From Candidatus Zambryskibacteria bacterium RIFCSPHIGHO2_01_FULL_46_25 (GTDB taxonomy: Bacteria; Patescibacteriota; Minisyncoccia; Phycocordibacterales; Zambryskibacteraceae), in the NCBI GenBank assembly GCA_001825155.1, contig MHVH01000004.1:1-52426 (forward strand): a stretch of DNA of 52,426 nucleotides, in the 5' to 3' direction. Under the pieces are notes generated by a model. That model saw only the letters and a list, made by a program, of their open reading frames with translations. It ran no database searches and had not been told where the DNA came from. Below are positions 50,029 to 52,426 of this stretch, in pieces. Numbering within the stretch: the first letter of the stretch is position 1; the number at the start of each line of letters is the position of its first letter. The position numbers were made by a program, and so were the translations under genes.

Positions 50029-52426
50029 ATGTATAATAAATACAACGTGAAAGAACAACCGATACAGGATATCGGCACCCCAAAAAACCAGCAAGATGCT
50101 TCCGAAGACGCTGTCAGGTGGCTTTCGATGTCTGAAGCCGCACTCCTCACTCCTTACAGCGCGGAATATCTTTCACTTCTGGCGCGTAAAAAAAAGATTG
50201 CTTCGAAGAAAATCGGCAATGCTTGGTATACGACGAAGGAAGTTCTTGATGCTTACATGAAGCGGCAGATGGCGCGAACTGAGTTGGCAAATGGTGGCGC
50301 GCAATCGGTAAGTGAGATGGTGAAGTCCGCTCTCGAGCCTTGGCATACCTACGGGCAAGATATAAGAAAATATCGTCTTGAGCAGGAGCTTGCGACCGGT
50401 ATGTCGCCGCAAGTTGAGCACGTGGAGCGCGCGCTTGAAAGAGTGTTGGACAAAAAAATTTCCAATTTACAATTTCCAATTTACAATGAAGATTCCAAAT
50501 CAAAATCGGAAAGTAAAATTCGCAAACATTTTAAAATCGCGACTTCGAGCAAGGTGCTCGTCGCGATAACGCTCGCGGCAATTGTGCTCTTCTCGGTCTT
50601 GCCGGTGCCGTTCGTCTTCAGCTTTGTATCGCGCTCCGTTGATTACGTCAAAGAGGCAATCAATGACGCCAATACGGTCATGGGTTTCCGACCCGGCACT
50701 CACGCCAATGAAATTCTACTCCTCGACAAAGAGGGCAATGTTTCGATTATGGGCCATATTGAAACGGAGGGTCAGCTACGGTCATATGTTGCCGATGGCA
50801 TCGCGCCCCTGGTTGTCGACTCTACAACAACGGTAAAAAATCTCTCCGCGGATAGCGTGGACAACATTTCCGCGGAAGAATTCACGCTCGCCTTCGTGAC
50901 CAAGAACGGCAATATGACCACGGAGAACGTTTACTTCGAAGGCAATGTCGAGGTCGGCGAAACTCTAAAGGTCAGAGGGGCAACAGAACTTCTCTCGACG
51001 CTTGAGGTAAGTGGCAAGCTAAAAGCCTTTGGCGAAGCCGAATTCCGGCAAGCGATTGAGGTTCTTGGCCCGGCATACTTCGAAAGCTTGGTGACTCTCG
51101 CGGGCGACGCAAAAATAAAAGGCAACCTTGATGTGAGCAAAAATATTACCGTTCGAGGGAGCGTTGAGTCGAACAGCGCAATTATCGGCAAGAGCGGTTC
51201 CTTCGGCTCTCTCGGCGTTTCCGGCAGTTTCTCGGCCGGCGGCAAGATTACTCTCGGCAACGAGAAAGATACGCTCACTATCAACTCCAAGAACGTTACG
51301 ATTGACAGCTCCGGCAACGCGAGCTTCGACGGCGGTGTGAGCGCCACGAGCCTCTCCGCAACGGACTTGATTGTAACGAACGCCACGACCACAAACTTCT
51401 TCACGGACGTTTTTCGCGCCGCCCTTACCACCATCACCTCCCTTATTGCCGATGATATTACCACCGGAGCGCTTACCGCGACTAATTCCACTTCCACCAA
51501 CGCCACTTCAACCAATTTTTACGCGGAGGATGCCACCATAGACAGTCTTACGACCGCCGAGATAACTATTACCGACCTCCTCTTCACCCGCGCCACAGGC
51601 ACTTCCGCTACGACGACGAATCTGTTCTCGTCGCAATTTACAAGTAACAATTTACAATTTACAAACGGACTCGGGACGTATGCAACTATAACCAACGCAA
51701 CGACCACGAACTTCTTCTCCACTATTGGCCGATTCACGGATTTGTTCTCGGATAACTTCGATGCCAGCAGTTTTACCTTCGTCAACGCCACTGGCACGAA
51801 TGCCACCACAACCAGCTCCTTCGCCGAGACCGCATCTTCAACGAATCTCTTCTCCACCAACTTCAACCTAGGCACAGGTTCTCTCGGTTACGCGACAATA
51901 TCCGACCTCATCTTCACCCGCGCCACCGGCACATCCGCTACCACCACGAGCTTCTTCTCGACTACTGCCTCTTCCACCAATCTCTTCTCCTCACTTCTTT
52001 CTGTCGGCGGCACTCAAGGTTTGAATGTGATTGCCGGCGGGAATGTTGGCATCGGGACGACTGCTCCCACAGGCGCTTTGGATGTATACCCGTCCGGCGG
52101 CGGTTCTGCGACTTTAGGCAATAGTTTATCAGTCTGGGCATTAGGGGGCGGTGCTAATGGCATATATGCCCAACTTGGATTGGGATACAAGGGTACGAAC
52201 GGTGTCCCGCCTGGAGTAATTGCCTGGCAGGCCAATACCAACAATGCTTATCAAGGCGACTTAGTTTTCGCTCTGAGAAATACAGATAGTTATACAGCGG
52301 CTCCCGTCCAAATGATGACCATTAAACCTTCCGGCAACGTCGGCATCGGGACGACGGGGCCGGTATCGGCTTTGCAAGTTAATTCAGAAATATCTGTCGG
52401 AGCAACTGATAATGACCGCGGAATTA
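50029..52426 (+). CDS. Large surface protein, partial because it runs off the window end. Its parts are an N-terminal HTH-like domain, one TM helix, and a Thr/Asn/Ser-rich repeat region with tail-fibre-like GNVGIGTT motifs.
   Basis: I translated this frame by hand from the ATG at 50029 and found no stop up to 52426. It is absent from the ORF track because it has no stop. The N-terminus is WLSMSEAALLTPYSAEYLSLLARKKKI..WYTTKEVL. The TM helix is VLVAITLAAIVLFSVLPVPFVF. The repeats are ATGTSATTTNLFS / ATTTNFFS. The motifs GNVGIGTTAPTGALDV and GNVGIGTTGPVSALQV are also present. Confidence 0.8.
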   Translation, partial: MYNKYNVKEQPIQDIGTPKNQQDASEDAVRWLSMSEAALLTPYSAEYLSLLARKKKIASKKIGNAWYTTKEVLDAYMKRQMARTELANGGAQSVSEMVKSALEPWHTYGQDIRKYRLEQELATGMSPQVEHVERALERVLDKKISNLQFPIYNEDSKSKSESKIRKHFKIATSSKVLVAITLAAIVLFSVLPVPFVFSFVSRSVDYVKEAINDANTVMGFRPGTHANEILLLDKEGNVSIMGHIETEGQLRSYVADGIAPLVVDSTTTVKNLSADSVDNISAEEFTLAFVTKNGNMTTENVYFEGNVEVGETLKVRGATELLSTLEVSGKLKAFGEAEFRQAIEVLGPAYFESLVTLAGDAKIKGNLDVSKNITVRGSVESNSAIIGKSGSFGSLGVSGSFSAGGKITLGNEKDTLTINSKNVTIDSSGNASFDGGVSATSLSATDLIVTNATTTNFFTDVFRAALTTITSLIADDITTGALTATNSTSTNATSTNFYAEDATIDSLTTAEITITDLLFTRATGTSATTTNLFSSQFTSNNLQFTNGLGTYATITNATTTNFFSTIGRFTDLFSDNFDASSFTFVNATGTNATTTSSFAETASSTNLFSTNFNLGTGSLGYATISDLIFTRATGTSATTTSFFSTTASSTNLFSSLLSVGGTQGLNVIAGGNVGIGTTAPTGALDVYPSGGGSATLGNSLSVWALGGGANGIYAQLGLGYKGTNGVPPGVIAWQANTNNAYQGDLVFALRNTDSYTAAPVQMMTIKPSGNVGIGTTGPVSALQVNSEISVGATDNDRGI
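50458..50487 (+). repeat. Heptad mini-element, ATTTCCA/ATTTACA type, translated as ISNLQFPIYN.
   Basis: atttcca atttaca atttcca atttaca at. Confidence 0.6.
51635..51662 (+). repeat. Heptad mini-element, AATTTAC type, translated as QFTSNNLQFT.
   Basis: aatttac aagtaac aatttac aatttac. Confidence 0.6.

Noticed and set aside
50147-52244. Minus-strand ORFs (for example 50931-51515 at 194 aa and 51519-51875 at 118 aa) and short plus-strand ORFs opposite or inside the large surface-protein gene.
   Set aside because: Frame 1 from the ATG at 50029 is open to the window edge and encodes coherent HTH, TM and repeat architecture. The antisense ORFs are Val/Ala/Ser-rich mirrors of the Thr/Asn repeats.

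Overview
The window is a mostly plus-strand, tightly packed bacterial segment that looks CPR/Patescibacteria-like. That placement is an inference from the interrupted 16S gene and the gene content.

**Gene order**
1. The 3' part of a 16S rRNA gene. It carries an expansion hairpin, an ORF-less intervening sequence, and a group I intron that encodes a LAGLIDADG endonuclease.
2. A self-contained hypothetical gene cassette, then tRNA-Ile(GAU).
3. Housekeeping and unknown genes: a deaminase, a DUF4015 glycoside-hydrolase-like protein, a P-loop kinase and a TraD/VirD4-like ATPase.
4. A roughly 32 kb surface-glycan locus (8.1-40.2 kb). It holds many GT4/GT2/GT-C glycosyltransferases, five methyltransferases, a NodB deacetylase, a FemAB-like protein, a GMC oxidoreductase, WecB, a Wzx-like flippase, a GtrA-like protein and an O-antigen-ligase-like protein with TPR repeats. 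It also holds a complete NeuC/NeuB/NeuA set for CMP-sialic-acid-type synthesis. A Fic gene sits inside it, next to glycosyltransferase gene remnants.
5. Core genes: secA, a DedA protein, a Trx-like/DsbB pair, MYG1, a GxxExxY protein, obg, gatB, an HTH protein and lepB.
6. A large surface protein that is open at the window end and has an N-terminal HTH.

**Most unusual signals**
- **REP/RAYT system:** a 25-nt palindrome brackets and interrupts a RAYT-type Y1 transposase gene. The same palindrome is inserted in-frame three times in essential gatB.
- **Heptad mini-elements:** a second family of AT-rich elements with 7-nt periodicity. One 34-nt sequence is identical at three loci. These elements are translated inside coding regions, form the obg/gatB junction, and build an intergenic inverted repeat.

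No CRISPR array, integrase or prophage is seen. All family assignments come from motifs read by eye, with no searches run.
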